Shown here in pieces: positions 19,675 to 29,349 of a DNA stretch of 64,000 nt. The notes beneath the pieces are model-generated. The model was not told the DNA's origin. It made no database searches and saw nothing but the letters and a program-made list of their open reading frames with translations. The stretch's first letter is position 1; every line of letters starts with the position of its first letter. This stretch comes from Candidatus Cloacimonadota bacterium (lineage in GTDB: Bacteria > UBA4055). The stretch spans positions 8,514 to 72,513 of the forward strand of contig PDON01000064.1 in NCBI GenBank assembly GCA_002742935.1, written 5' to 3'. The position numbers and the translations under genes were made by a program.

Positions 19675-20640
19675 ATGAATACAATAATAACTGCTACTCT
19701 TTCTGTTGGTGGTATTGGAGCTTTGTTAGGAGGGGTATTAGCTTATGCTTCTAAAGTTTTCCATGTTGAAGTTGATCCAAAGATAACACAGATTGATGAG
19801 GTTTTACCTCAAGCAAATTGTGGTGCTTGTGGATTTCCCGGTTGTGCGGCATATGCTGAAGCTGTTGCAGGTTTAAAAAGTGATATAAATCTTTGTAGTC
19901 CGGGTGGACAAGAGGTTGTAGATAAAATTGCTTCAATTATGGGAATGGCAGCTACTGTTGCCGAGCCGGTTGTAGCTTATGTTGCTTGTAAGGGAAGCAA
20001 AGAGAACGCAAAAGATAGATTTGAGTATTATGGAGTTAAAAACTGTAGTTCTGCTGTTTATATATCCGGTGGTCATAAGCAGTGTGAGTATGGCTGTTTA
20101 GGATTTGGAGAGTGTGTTGAGGCATGTAATTTTGGTGCTATGCACATGGATGAGGAGACAGGTTTACCTGTTGTTGATGATGAGAAATGTACTGGTTGTA
20201 GGGCTTGTGTTGATGCTTGTCCTAAAGGTATAATGAAGCTTATACCTAAAAATAGAACTGTTTATATAGGATGTAACTCACAAGCTAAAGGTAAAGAGGT
20301 GATGGATGCTTGTAAGGTTGGTTGTATAGGTTGTAAAATCTGTTCTACGCCTAAGGTTACTCCGGGTAAATCTATTAAGATGAACGGTGATCTTCCTGTC
20401 ATAGATTTTAAGATAGAGGAGGATTATACTGCAGCTAAGTTTAAATGTCCTAAAGGTTGTTTTGTTGATAAAAATGATAGATCTAAATCAGAAGAACAAT
20501 TAGCTTCTGAAAAGAGCGAGTTCAAAAAGATGGAAGCTGAAAAAGCTGCCGCTGCAAAGAAAGCTGCACTTGAAAAAGCTGCTAAACTTAAGGCTGAAAA
20601 GGAAGCTAAAGCTGCTAAAGAAGCTGAAGAACAGAAATAG
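19675..20640 (+). CDS. rnfB: Rnf complex subunit B (polyferredoxin) with an Ala/Lys/Glu-rich C-terminal tail
   Basis: It has an N-terminal TM helix and multiple Cys clusters (CGACGFPGCAAY, CTGCRACVDACP). The tail reads ...KKMEAEKAAAAKKAALEKAAKLKAEKEAKAAKEAEEQK. Confidence 0.8.
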   Translation: MNTIITATLSVGGIGALLGGVLAYASKVFHVEVDPKITQIDEVLPQANCGACGFPGCAAYAEAVAGLKSDINLCSPGGQEVVDKIASIMGMAATVAEPVVAYVACKGSKENAKDRFEYYGVKNCSSAVYISGGHKQCEYGCLGFGECVEACNFGAMHMDEETGLPVVDDEKCTGCRACVDACPKGIMKLIPKNRTVYIGCNSQAKGKEVMDACKVGCIGCKICSTPKVTPGKSIKMNGDLPVIDFKIEEDYTAAKFKCPKGCFVDKNDRSKSEEQLASEKSEFKKMEAEKAAAAKKAALEKAAKLKAEKEAKAAKEAEEQK

Positions 20641-20671
20641 TTTTATTTTTAATTCTTTAATCATATAAAAT

Positions 20672-20703
20672 ACCCCTCTAAATTTTTAGAGGGGTATTTT
20701 TAT
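20672..20703 (+). terminator. Rho-independent terminator after rnfB
   Basis: cccctctaaatttttagagggg is followed by tattttta. Confidence 0.6.
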
Positions 20704-20714
20704 TCAGAGTGCCT

Positions 20715-20811
20715 ATAACTTCGTATTACTGTTAATTCTTCTGTAATGGATCGCATAAAAAGGAAATTCCTTTACCTGTTTCTAGCCAGTCTGACTTTTT
20801 AAGGCAACCTC
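20715..20811 (+). repeat. Intergenic repeat family, copy A; a shorter variant with an internal deletion
   Basis: ataacttcgtattactgtt ... atcgcataaaaag ... gtttctagccagtctgactttttaaggcaacctc aligns to copies at 22860 and 52399. Confidence 0.55.
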
Positions 20812-21086
20812 ATATTTAGAATCTAATGAAAACTCTCATTTGAGTTTTATGTTACACAATATTACTCATTAAAAACTTATTTCAAATTTAACTAATGAAA
20901 TTTTTTATAACTTTTAGCAGTTATTTATTGTTTAAATCAAAAAAGTTAGTTTAATTAATACTTATCTTTATGTTTTCATTAGTGAAAATGTTGGGCATAG
21001 GTTTTATTTTTGAAAGTTTATTTTCTTTGTATAATAAATTTTAAAATTTATACAATTTTTAACTCTTATAATTTTGGTGGTTTTAT

Positions 21087-22826
21087 ATGGTTTCGGATAT
21101 TGGAAATAAATACACATTAATGAGAGAGAAATATTTAATCAGAGTTGAAGATATGATTAAAAGGATAGAAAAACATAATGACCATGTTGATCGAAATCTT
21201 ATTATTGACTCCTATAAAATAGCTTTTAATGCTCATAAAGGTGTTTACAGAGACGATAATGTAACCCCTTATATTGAACATCCTGTAGAGGTTGCAGAGA
21301 TACTTTCTGAGTTGAAAGTTGATGATGCTACACTTTCAGCGGCTTTACTTCACGATGTTGTAGAGGATACAATTATAACCGGAACAGATTTAAGAAGAAA
21401 GTATGGTGATATTGTCAGTTCCATTGTTGAAGGTTTAACAAAGAAGAAACAAAAATTTGGTTCAGTTGCAGAGAAGCAAACTACCCATTTTAAAAAGCTT
21501 TTGGAAAGCACAATAGGCGAGTTCCGTATAATAATTGTTAAAATGGCAGATAGGGTTCACAATATGAAAACGTTGGGAGCTTTGTCTTACGACAGAAAAA
21601 GTAGAATTGCGAATGAAACCAAAAACATATTCTCACCATTGGCAAATATGTTGGGGATGCATAAGTTTAAAATTGAGCTTGATGATCTTATCTTTCTTTC
21701 TTTAGATCCTGAAAAGTTTAAAAGGATAAAAAACTCTGTAGATGAGTATGAAGCTAGGAATAAGCAAAGAGTTGATAACACAATAAATAAGCTTAGTGAC
21801 GAATTTGAGAGATTGGGTATAAAAGCAGATGTTATTGTAAATAAAAGGTCCTACTCATCAATTGCAGAAAAGATTAAACATAGAAACTTTGAGGAGTCAA
21901 AAAAATTTTTTTCTGTTAAAGTGGTTACAAAAGACAGCTCAAACATGTATAATATTCTTGAGCATATACACAGGTTGTTTAAACCTCTAAATCAGGTAAG
22001 TGATTATATAGCTTCTCCTAAACCAAACGGATACAAAAGTATTCATACAAAGGTAAGAACCGATGATGGTTATGTTTATGAGTTTTTGATAAGATCAAGA
22101 CTTATGGATGAGTTAGCAGAATATGGTCTTATTCATACAATCTATACAATGAGTAGAACTACAGATGAAGATAATAATAATACTGTAAAAACTTATGTAA
22201 ACTCCATGAAAAATCTTTATCAGGAGAGTTTTATTGATGAAGGGGATCATTCGGGAGTATGGGGTAATTTAGTAAGCAATCTTGTAACTGATTTTATACA
22301 TGTTTCTTCGCCCAAAAATGAGGTTTATACGCTTCCTAAAGGATCTTGTATATTAGATTTTGCATATAAGATACATACAGATCTTGGAGATCACTGTATT
22401 CCGAGTAAAGTCAACGGAAAAACAAGACCAATAAGTTTTAAATTGAGAGATGATGATGTTATTACAATATCAACCTCTGAGAAGCAATCTCCCAAAGAGG
22501 ATTGGTTGGATTTTGTTCAAACACCTAAAGCAGCAAAACATATAAAGAGAGCACTAAAAGATAAGTACAAAAATCTTGATATTGATTTCAAAAAAGATAA
22601 GATTATTAAAAAAATAGAGTTCTCAACAGATTTTCGTTTAGGACTTCTATCAAAAATTGAAGAGAAGATAAATATGGTAGATAAGATCATATCAATGAAC
22701 CTAAAGATAGAGAATGATATTGCAATAATTGCAATAGAGGCCGAGTTTAATAATCAAAAATGTTTAGATGATTTTATATTATATATAAATTCAATGGATT
22801 CTATATTTGATCTACACATAGAGTAG
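21087..22826 (+). CDS. RelA/SpoT-family (p)ppGpp synthetase/hydrolase
   Basis: It has an HD hydrolase motif (HPVEVAEIL...ALLHDVVEDT) and a synthetase region (YKSIHTKVRT). At 579 aa it is short for the family. Confidence 0.75.
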   Translation: MVSDIGNKYTLMREKYLIRVEDMIKRIEKHNDHVDRNLIIDSYKIAFNAHKGVYRDDNVTPYIEHPVEVAEILSELKVDDATLSAALLHDVVEDTIITGTDLRRKYGDIVSSIVEGLTKKKQKFGSVAEKQTTHFKKLLESTIGEFRIIIVKMADRVHNMKTLGALSYDRKSRIANETKNIFSPLANMLGMHKFKIELDDLIFLSLDPEKFKRIKNSVDEYEARNKQRVDNTINKLSDEFERLGIKADVIVNKRSYSSIAEKIKHRNFEESKKFFSVKVVTKDSSNMYNILEHIHRLFKPLNQVSDYIASPKPNGYKSIHTKVRTDDGYVYEFLIRSRLMDELAEYGLIHTIYTMSRTTDEDNNNTVKTYVNSMKNLYQESFIDEGDHSGVWGNLVSNLVTDFIHVSSPKNEVYTLPKGSCILDFAYKIHTDLGDHCIPSKVNGKTRPISFKLRDDDVITISTSEKQSPKEDWLDFVQTPKAAKHIKRALKDKYKNLDIDFKKDKIIKKIEFSTDFRLGLLSKIEEKINMVDKIISMNLKIENDIAIIAIEAEFNNQKCLDDFILYINSMDSIFDLHIE

Positions 22827-22859
22827 GTTACCAATCACCGGCAGTTGAGCTCAGACTGT

Positions 22860-22992
22860 CGATAAACTTCGCATTACTGCGTCCTAATTTTTTTCTGCTC
22901 AAATCACCTAGTATTTCTAGGCTCAAATCGCATAAAAAAATGACTCCTTGTACTACTCGTTTCTAGACAGCCTGACTTTTTAAGGCAACCTC
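22860..22992 (+). repeat. Intergenic repeat family, copy B (full length)
   Basis: cgataaacttcgcattactgcg...cctagtatttctaggct...atcgcataaaaaaa...tactactcgtttctagacagcctgactttttaaggcaacctc is about 80% identical to copy C. Confidence 0.6.
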
Positions 22993-22994
22993 TA

Positions 22995-23033
22995 AAAATC
23001 CTCTCTATAAAATTTTATAGAGGGGATTTTTAT
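22995..23033 (+). terminator. Terminator-like hairpin flanking repeat copy B
   Basis: atcctctctataaaattttatagaggggat is followed by ttttta. Its stem sequence resembles the hairpin at 20672. Confidence 0.45.
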
Positions 23034-23309
23034 AATAATAGGTATTGAGCTATGGTTAAATAGGTAAACCATAATTTTTTTCAGAGTAGAGCCTAATTTT
23101 TCTTCCACATATAGCAGATAAGATAAAAACAGAACAAAATTTATTAATAAATAGATGACGATTCTACTATTTTTAACCTTTTTTTCATATTAAGTTGACC
23201 ATCTCTTTATTCTGTTTAAATTTAAGTCAAAATTATAGATTATTCCTAAAAATTAAAGCTGAATGGGGAAAAGGGGATAAACAGGGAACTATTTAAATTA
23301 GCTTATAAA

Positions 23310-24311
23310 GTGGGTGGATATATGTTACACAAATCAATTAAATCAATTTATAATAAATGTTTAGAGGGAGAAGCTATTACAAAAAATGAAGCTTTAGAGC
23401 TCTCAAAACTGAAAGGCGAAGATATTTTAGATCTTGTATCCTTAGCAAATAAGGTTAGAAAATTTCACTTTGCTGATGAAACTCATGTATGTACAATACT
23501 CAACACAAAATCAGGTAAATGCTCAGAAAATTGTAGGTTTTGTGCCCAAAGTGCTCACTACAATACAGGGGTTAAAGAGTACCCTCTTCTTGATATAGAT
23601 TCAATTCTTGAGGCAGCAAAAACAACTTATGAGAGTGGTGTAAAACATTTTGGTTTGGTTACAAGTGGTCAAGGGTACAGAGGCGAGAGTAAAGAGTTTG
23701 ATAAGATACTAGAGATTATTGATACCATCTATAAGCATTACAATCTAAATGTATGTGCATCTGTTGGAATATTAGATGAAAAGAATGCAAAAAGATTAGC
23801 AGATAGAAATATTAAGCATTACAATATCAATCTTCAAACAGCACCATCAAAGTATAAAACTCTTATATCTACTACCCACGAAATTGAGGAGAAGTACAAT
23901 ACTATTAAGTATCTAAAAAAGTATGGTGTTGATGTATGTGCAGGTGGAATTTTTGGTGTTGGTGAATCTATTGAAGATAGAATAGAGATGGCCTTTAAAC
24001 TTAAAGATCTCAACATTGATGTAATACCAATAAATGTACTAATACCCATACCGGGAACACCAATGGAGGGGATTAAAGAGATCTCTGTAAGTGAAATAGC
24101 ACTATCTTTCTGTATTACAAGATTGATAAATCCTACAAAAATTATAAAGTTTGCAGCCGGAAGAGAGACAAAGATGAAAGATTTTCAAGCTCTTCTTATG
24201 CTTTCGGGTGCAAATGGATTTTTAACCGGAGGATATCTTACTACAAGAGGTAGAGATGTAAGCGAAGATATGAAGTTTGTTGAAGAGTTAAAAGGGTTCA
24301 CAACAAACTAA
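23310..24311 (+). CDS. bioB: Biotin synthase (radical SAM)
   Basis: It has the CSENCRFC radical-SAM cluster motif, BioB-like length and downstream motifs. Confidence 0.85.
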   Translation: MGGYMLHKSIKSIYNKCLEGEAITKNEALELSKLKGEDILDLVSLANKVRKFHFADETHVCTILNTKSGKCSENCRFCAQSAHYNTGVKEYPLLDIDSILEAAKTTYESGVKHFGLVTSGQGYRGESKEFDKILEIIDTIYKHYNLNVCASVGILDEKNAKRLADRNIKHYNINLQTAPSKYKTLISTTHEIEEKYNTIKYLKKYGVDVCAGGIFGVGESIEDRIEMAFKLKDLNIDVIPINVLIPIPGTPMEGIKEISVSEIALSFCITRLINPTKIIKFAAGRETKMKDFQALLMLSGANGFLTGGYLTTRGRDVSEDMKFVEELKGFTTN

Positions 24312-24330
24312 TATTAAATGAGATAATAGT

Positions 24331-25602
24331 ATGGATAAAGAGTTTGACAGAAAATATATATGGCACCCCTATACATCTTTAAAGAATCCTTTAAAAGTTT
24401 ATGGAGTAAAAAGATGTTATAAAAACAGAATTGTTCTTGATGATAAAAGAGAGCTTATTGATGGTATGAGTTCCTGGTGGGCAGCTATACATGGTTATAA
24501 CAATAGTTATATAAATAAAAGTCTAAAAAGTCAGGCAGATAAATTTTCCCATGTAATGTTTGGAGGTTTTACTCATGAAACTGCCATAGATCTTTGTAAA
24601 AGTATAAAAAATATTATGCCAAACGATCTTAACTATATCTTTTTAGCCGATTCAGGTTCTGTTTCTGTTGAAGTTGCTCTTAAAATGGCTATACAATATC
24701 AATACTCAAAGGGTAAGAGCAGATCAAATTTTTTAACATTTAGAAACGGTTATCACGGAGACACTTATCATGCAATGAGTGTGTGTGATCCCGTAACAGG
24801 AATGCATACTATATTTAATAAAACATTACCTTCTCAAACCTTTGTAGAAAAGCCTAAGTGTAAATTTGATATGGAGTGGAAAGATTCCTATTTTACAAAG
24901 GTTGAAGATGAAATTACCAAAAATAGAGATAACCTTGCTGCTGTAATAGTTGAACCCATTGTTCAGGGAGCAGGAGGAATGTGGATTTATCATCCTAACT
25001 ATCTTAACAGATTGAGAGAGATTTGTAGTAAATTTGATATTCTTTTAATATTTGATGAGATTGCAACGGGATTTGGAAGGACAGGAAAGATGTTTGCTAT
25101 GGATCATACAACTATCTTACCGGATATTGTTACCATTGGTAAAGGTTTGACAGGTGGATATATGACAATGGGTGCCGTAGTTGCAAACGAGAAAGTTAAA
25201 TCTACTATCAGTGAAAGTAGTAACCCTATAATGATGCATGGTCCGACATTTATGGGAAACCCCTTGGCATGTTCTTGTGCTATAGCCAGCTTAGATCTCG
25301 TGGTAAAATATAATCTTGATAATCTTTCAAATAGGTTTAAAACTATTTTTAACTCTACTTTCAAAGGTGTTGAAACCAATGAGAATGTAAGAGATGTTAG
25401 AAGCTTGGGAATGATTGGAGTTATTGAGATGAAGAGAGATGTTGATATGGAGAGGATACAGAAAGAGTTTGTAGATAGAGGAGTATGGTTAAGACCCTTT
25501 GGTAAACTTATCTATATGATGCCTCCTTACATTACCCCTGAAGATGATCTTAAAAAATTATGTATGGCAACAAGAGAGGTTATTGAGAATAGTTTTTATT
25601 AA
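24331..25602 (+). CDS. bioA: Adenosylmethionine-8-amino-7-oxononanoate aminotransferase
   Basis: It has a class-III aminotransferase signature (DEIATGFGRTGKMFA). Confidence 0.85.
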   Translation: MDKEFDRKYIWHPYTSLKNPLKVYGVKRCYKNRIVLDDKRELIDGMSSWWAAIHGYNNSYINKSLKSQADKFSHVMFGGFTHETAIDLCKSIKNIMPNDLNYIFLADSGSVSVEVALKMAIQYQYSKGKSRSNFLTFRNGYHGDTYHAMSVCDPVTGMHTIFNKTLPSQTFVEKPKCKFDMEWKDSYFTKVEDEITKNRDNLAAVIVEPIVQGAGGMWIYHPNYLNRLREICSKFDILLIFDEIATGFGRTGKMFAMDHTTILPDIVTIGKGLTGGYMTMGAVVANEKVKSTISESSNPIMMHGPTFMGNPLACSCAIASLDLVVKYNLDNLSNRFKTIFNSTFKGVETNENVRDVRSLGMIGVIEMKRDVDMERIQKEFVDRGVWLRPFGKLIYMMPPYITPEDDLKKLCMATREVIENSFY

Positions 25603-25689
25603 ATTTATTGACTAATATCTTTGTTTAATCTATAATATAAGCAGATTCTATTTATATTAAGATAAAACCCAAATAGAGAGGGAAATAAA

Positions 25690-26136
25690 ATGAAAGATAA
25701 AAAAATAATAGTTGCGAATGCACATTGTGACGGTCCTTGTGGTGTTTACGATCCTTCATCTGCTAGAATTGCCGCAGAGGCTGTGGTTTCTATGACAAAA
25801 AAACTTATAGGTTTAAAAACTCCCGATATCAATAATATCGAAGCTTTCAGGTCATATTTAAACAGCTTTTCAAGATATGTTGCTATAAAGGAGGAGCAAG
25901 CTCATATTGCTAAAACTGAACTGCTAGTTTTATGGACAGATTATTTTAAACCTGTTCACTTAGAAAAGTATCCAAACCTTCATGATCTTTTCTGGAAAGC
26001 TGCAAAGCTTTGCTCTGCTACCAAAGTTGAAATAAATCTTGAAAAGTGTGAAGAGTTAATGAAAACTATAGAAGAGATCCACAATATTTTCTGGGAGACT
26101 AAAGGTAGAGATATCAATTTCTTTACAGCAAGCTAG
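25690..26136 (+). CDS. sodN: Nickel-containing superoxide dismutase precursor
   Basis: An N-terminal propeptide is followed by the Ni-hook HCDGPCGVYDP (canonical HCDLPCGVYDPA). VLWTDYFKP and IFWETKG match NiSOD. Confidence 0.8.
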   Translation: MKDKKIIVANAHCDGPCGVYDPSSARIAAEAVVSMTKKLIGLKTPDINNIEAFRSYLNSFSRYVAIKEEQAHIAKTELLVLWTDYFKPVHLEKYPNLHDLFWKAAKLCSATKVEINLEKCEELMKTIEEIHNIFWETKGRDINFFTAS

Positions 26137-26154
26137 TCAAAATTTAATTAAATA

Positions 26155-26460
26155 TTGGAAGTAAAAATAGAAAAGAAAAACAGTTTCAATATAGTTATTA
26201 AAGGGGACTCTATGTCCCCTCTATTTTTGGATGGAGAGGTTTTAGAGGTAACTACTGATATAGAAAATATCTCAGTGGGTGATACTATACTGTTTAACCA
26301 CCCTTATATTGAAGATTGCATACTCATTAAGAGAGTTGAAGATATTAAAAATGATAACTACTTTGTTGTAGGTATAAACAAAAATAGTAGTACCGATAGC
26401 AGATCATTTGGTAAAATATCAAAAAGCTCTGTTTTAGGTAAAATTCCCAAACTTAAATAA
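26155..26460 (+). CDS. sodX: S26-family signal-peptidase-like NiSOD maturation protease (SodX)
   Basis: It has the GDSMSP catalytic-Ser motif, and the gene sits immediately downstream of sodN. Confidence 0.6.
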   Translation: MEVKIEKKNSFNIVIKGDSMSPLFLDGEVLEVTTDIENISVGDTILFNHPYIEDCILIKRVEDIKNDNYFVVGINKNSSTDSRSFGKISKSSVLGKIPKLK

Positions 26461-26488
26461 TAAAATATTTTTATGTAATGGAAAATTT

Positions 26489-27613
26489 ATGAAAAGATAT
26501 TTAAAAGAAATAGAAAACTTAAAAAATATGGGAAGATTCAGGTCTATACCTAAAGAGTGTCCTAAAGATTTTATAAATTTCTCTTCAAATGATTATTTGG
26601 GAATTCTGTCGGATAATGATCTTATAAATAGATTTAAAGAGGAGAATACAGATCAGCTAAGGTTTGGTAGTGGCTCTTCAAGATTGTTGGATGGAGATAG
26701 CTCATACTCAAGAGCTCTTGAGAAACTTTTAAGTGAAAAATTTTCCAAATTTGGAGATAAAAAAGCCCTTCTATACAATAGTGGATATCATGCAAATAGT
26801 GGAATACTTCCGGCTATCACAACTAATAAAGATCTCATAGTATCAGACTTTATAAATCATGCAAGTATTATAGACGGAATGAAACTTAGTAACGCACAAT
26901 TCAAAAGATATAAACACAGTTCTATGGAACATTTAGAATCCATTGTTTCAAAGAACTATAACAAGTATGAAAAAATTTTTATTGTTACAGAATCTCTATT
27001 CTCAATGGATGGTGATATTGCTAAGTTGAAAAAAATTATAGAGATAAAAAAAAGATACAATTGTTTTCTATATATTGATGAAGCTCACTCTTTTGGAGTA
27101 TTTGGAGAAAATGGACTTGGGATAAGTGAAGAGATGAATATTTTAGAAGATGTAGACCTGTATGTTGCTACATTTGGTAAAGCTTTAGGATCTTTTGGGG
27201 CGTTTTCAATATCTAATGAGACCATTAGAAGCTATCTTATAAACAGTTGTAGAACACTTATTTTTTCCACATCACTCCCACCTGTTAACCATCTATTTAC
27301 ACTCTATTGTTTAGAGAGAGATTATCTATTGAAACCAAAGAGAGATAGAGTAAAAGAGAATATAAACTATCTCTCAAAAATATTTCCATTCACAATTTAT
27401 TCACAAATTTTCCCATACATTACGGGTAGTGATAAATCTGCTCTAGATCTGTCAAAAAAATTAAGAGATAGTGGTATTTACTCATTGGCTGTAAGGCCTC
27501 CAACCGTACCGGAAAACTCTGCAAGATTAAGATTTTCCATAACGGCAAATCATACAAAAAAAGATTTTGATAAACTCAAACTTTTATTGGAAAGCTTTCA
27601 AGATTTAAAATAG
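26489..27613 (+). CDS. bioF: 8-amino-7-oxononanoate synthase
   Basis: It is a class-II aminotransferase-fold protein. ATFGKALG contains the PLP-lysine of KAPA synthases. Confidence 0.75.
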   Translation: MKRYLKEIENLKNMGRFRSIPKECPKDFINFSSNDYLGILSDNDLINRFKEENTDQLRFGSGSSRLLDGDSSYSRALEKLLSEKFSKFGDKKALLYNSGYHANSGILPAITTNKDLIVSDFINHASIIDGMKLSNAQFKRYKHSSMEHLESIVSKNYNKYEKIFIVTESLFSMDGDIAKLKKIIEIKKRYNCFLYIDEAHSFGVFGENGLGISEEMNILEDVDLYVATFGKALGSFGAFSISNETIRSYLINSCRTLIFSTSLPPVNHLFTLYCLERDYLLKPKRDRVKENINYLSKIFPFTIYSQIFPYITGSDKSALDLSKKLRDSGIYSLAVRPPTVPENSARLRFSITANHTKKDFDKLKLLLESFQDLK

Positions 27614-27633
27614 AAAATTTATGGTTATAAGCA

Positions 27634-28137
27634 ATGATTAAATATATTGAACACTACCCCGAAGAGGTAAAAAATAAAGTTAAGCTTATGATAGAAAAAA
27701 ATAGTTTGAAAAATTATCTTTTGATAAACTATTCTGAGCCTCACAACTTTACAAACAATAAGCTACTCTACAAATATGTTATAAATCTAAAAAATAGATA
27801 TATGAAAAGGTCAATTCCTCTATCATCTGTAAGCTATGATGATAAAATTGAAACAGCTTATCAAGCTCTGGGTGTAAATATTTTTCACTCTAAAGTTCAC
27901 GGTAAAAAATTGAAATCAAAAAATAGTATAAAGATATCTACCTTTTTTAAACATGTACCAGAATCTTTTTTGCAGATGATAGCGGTTCATGAGTTGGCTC
28001 ATTTCAAGGAAAAAGATCATAATAAACAGTTTTATAATCTGTGTAAGTATATGAAAGATGATTATTTTCAAGTTGAGTTTGATACAAGATTATATATGAT
28101 CTATTTAGATATGGGCGGAAAGGAGATTTGGGTATAG
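27634..28137 (+). CDS. YgjP/DUF45-like HExxH metallohydrolase
   Basis: It has the VHELAHFKEKDH motif near the C-terminus. Confidence 0.5.
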   Translation: MIKYIEHYPEEVKNKVKLMIEKNSLKNYLLINYSEPHNFTNNKLLYKYVINLKNRYMKRSIPLSSVSYDDKIETAYQALGVNIFHSKVHGKKLKSKNSIKISTFFKHVPESFLQMIAVHELAHFKEKDHNKQFYNLCKYMKDDYFQVEFDTRLYMIYLDMGGKEIWV

Positions 28138-29262
28138 ATGAAGAATAAAGTTACAAATATCTACTATATTTTATTTATATTAGTGGGAATGATGGCTGGT
28201 CTTTTGGGACCTCTTATTCCCTATCTTTCAGAAAGAGCCAATATATCTATAGCTAAAGCAGGAGGTTTCCTCTCACTGTTTGCAATTGGTTTTATGACAG
28301 GAGCTTACCTTTCAGACAGAATACTATTACTCTCAAAACCAAGTAGGGCTATAGCTTTCCTACTTCTTCTTTTTGGATTGGAGATGGGACTATTTTATAT
28401 ATCATCAGCCTATGCTATATATCTACTGCTCTCATTTCTTTTGGGGGCAACTCAAGGGGTAATAAACTCTTCAGGAAACTCTATTATGCTTAAAGTGTGG
28501 AAAGAAGAAGCCGGACCAAAAATTACAACTCTACATTTTTTCTACGGAGTGGGAAATATTATTATACCTCTTCTAATAGTAGGTTCAGCTATATACTTGA
28601 GGAATGACAGTTATATATTTCTACTTTTAGTTTTAATATCATTACCACTTGCTTTCACACTTTTCTACAATCAAATACCAAAATCAAAAGAGAGTGAAAA
28701 GGATAAAATATTATATGATAAGAGATCTCCGTATTTCTTAATATTCCTTTCTCTATTTGCTCTGTATGTAGGTATTGAGTTAACTATTGGAGGTTGGATA
28801 ACTACCTACGGAATACTCAAAGGAACAGATAAAGATACAGCAAAAACACTACCCTCTATATTTTGGGGCTTTTTAACTTTGGGAAGGTTACTTCTAATAT
28901 ATGTAATTAAGGTAGTACCTGATAGAAAAATACTCTTTTCAGCCTCTATCCTAGCTATAGTTTCATCATCTATTCTACTTTTGGATTCAACCTTTGGGAT
29001 ATATTTAGCTCCCGCTTTAATAGGGTTGTCTGTTTCTGTGTATTTTCCTACTTTATACAGTTATGGAAGTAAATTTTATAACCTTGAGGGTAGAAATACA
29101 GGATTTATATTTATATCTGCAGGAGTTGGAGGAGTGAGTATGCCGTATATAACAGGTCTGTTTATAGAGTACTTTGGAGCTTTATCACTTTCCTATATTA
29201 TAGTGTTACTTCTCACAATCTGGTTCTTGATATTTTTTGGTTTAAATAAACGATTGAGGTAG
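28138..29262 (+). CDS. MFS-type transporter
   Basis: About 12 hydrophobic segments are arranged in two six-TM halves. Confidence 0.55.
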   Translation: MKNKVTNIYYILFILVGMMAGLLGPLIPYLSERANISIAKAGGFLSLFAIGFMTGAYLSDRILLLSKPSRAIAFLLLLFGLEMGLFYISSAYAIYLLLSFLLGATQGVINSSGNSIMLKVWKEEAGPKITTLHFFYGVGNIIIPLLIVGSAIYLRNDSYIFLLLVLISLPLAFTLFYNQIPKSKESEKDKILYDKRSPYFLIFLSLFALYVGIELTIGGWITTYGILKGTDKDTAKTLPSIFWGFLTLGRLLLIYVIKVVPDRKILFSASILAIVSSSILLLDSTFGIYLAPALIGLSVSVYFPTLYSYGSKFYNLEGRNTGFIFISAGVGGVSMPYITGLFIEYFGALSLSYIIVLLLTIWFLIFFGLNKRLR

Positions 29263-29349
29263 TTAACAATTTAACAATAAATAATTTCTCTTTAAAAGAT
29301 ATTAAAATAATTATAAATTGAGTATATTCTATAAAAAAAAGGTGATATT

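Noticed and set aside
20715-20727. ataacttcgtat resembling a loxP arm (ATAACTTCGTATA)
   Set aside because: There is only a single 12-nt half-site-like match inside the repeat element, with no inverted partner at loxP spacing. It is a coincidence.
23052-23072. Possible BirA operator (atggttaaataggtaaaccat) upstream of bioB
   Set aside because: Only 6-bp arms are complementary, with a weak resemblance to the TGTAAACC half-site. No birA gene is in the window. This is insufficient to call.
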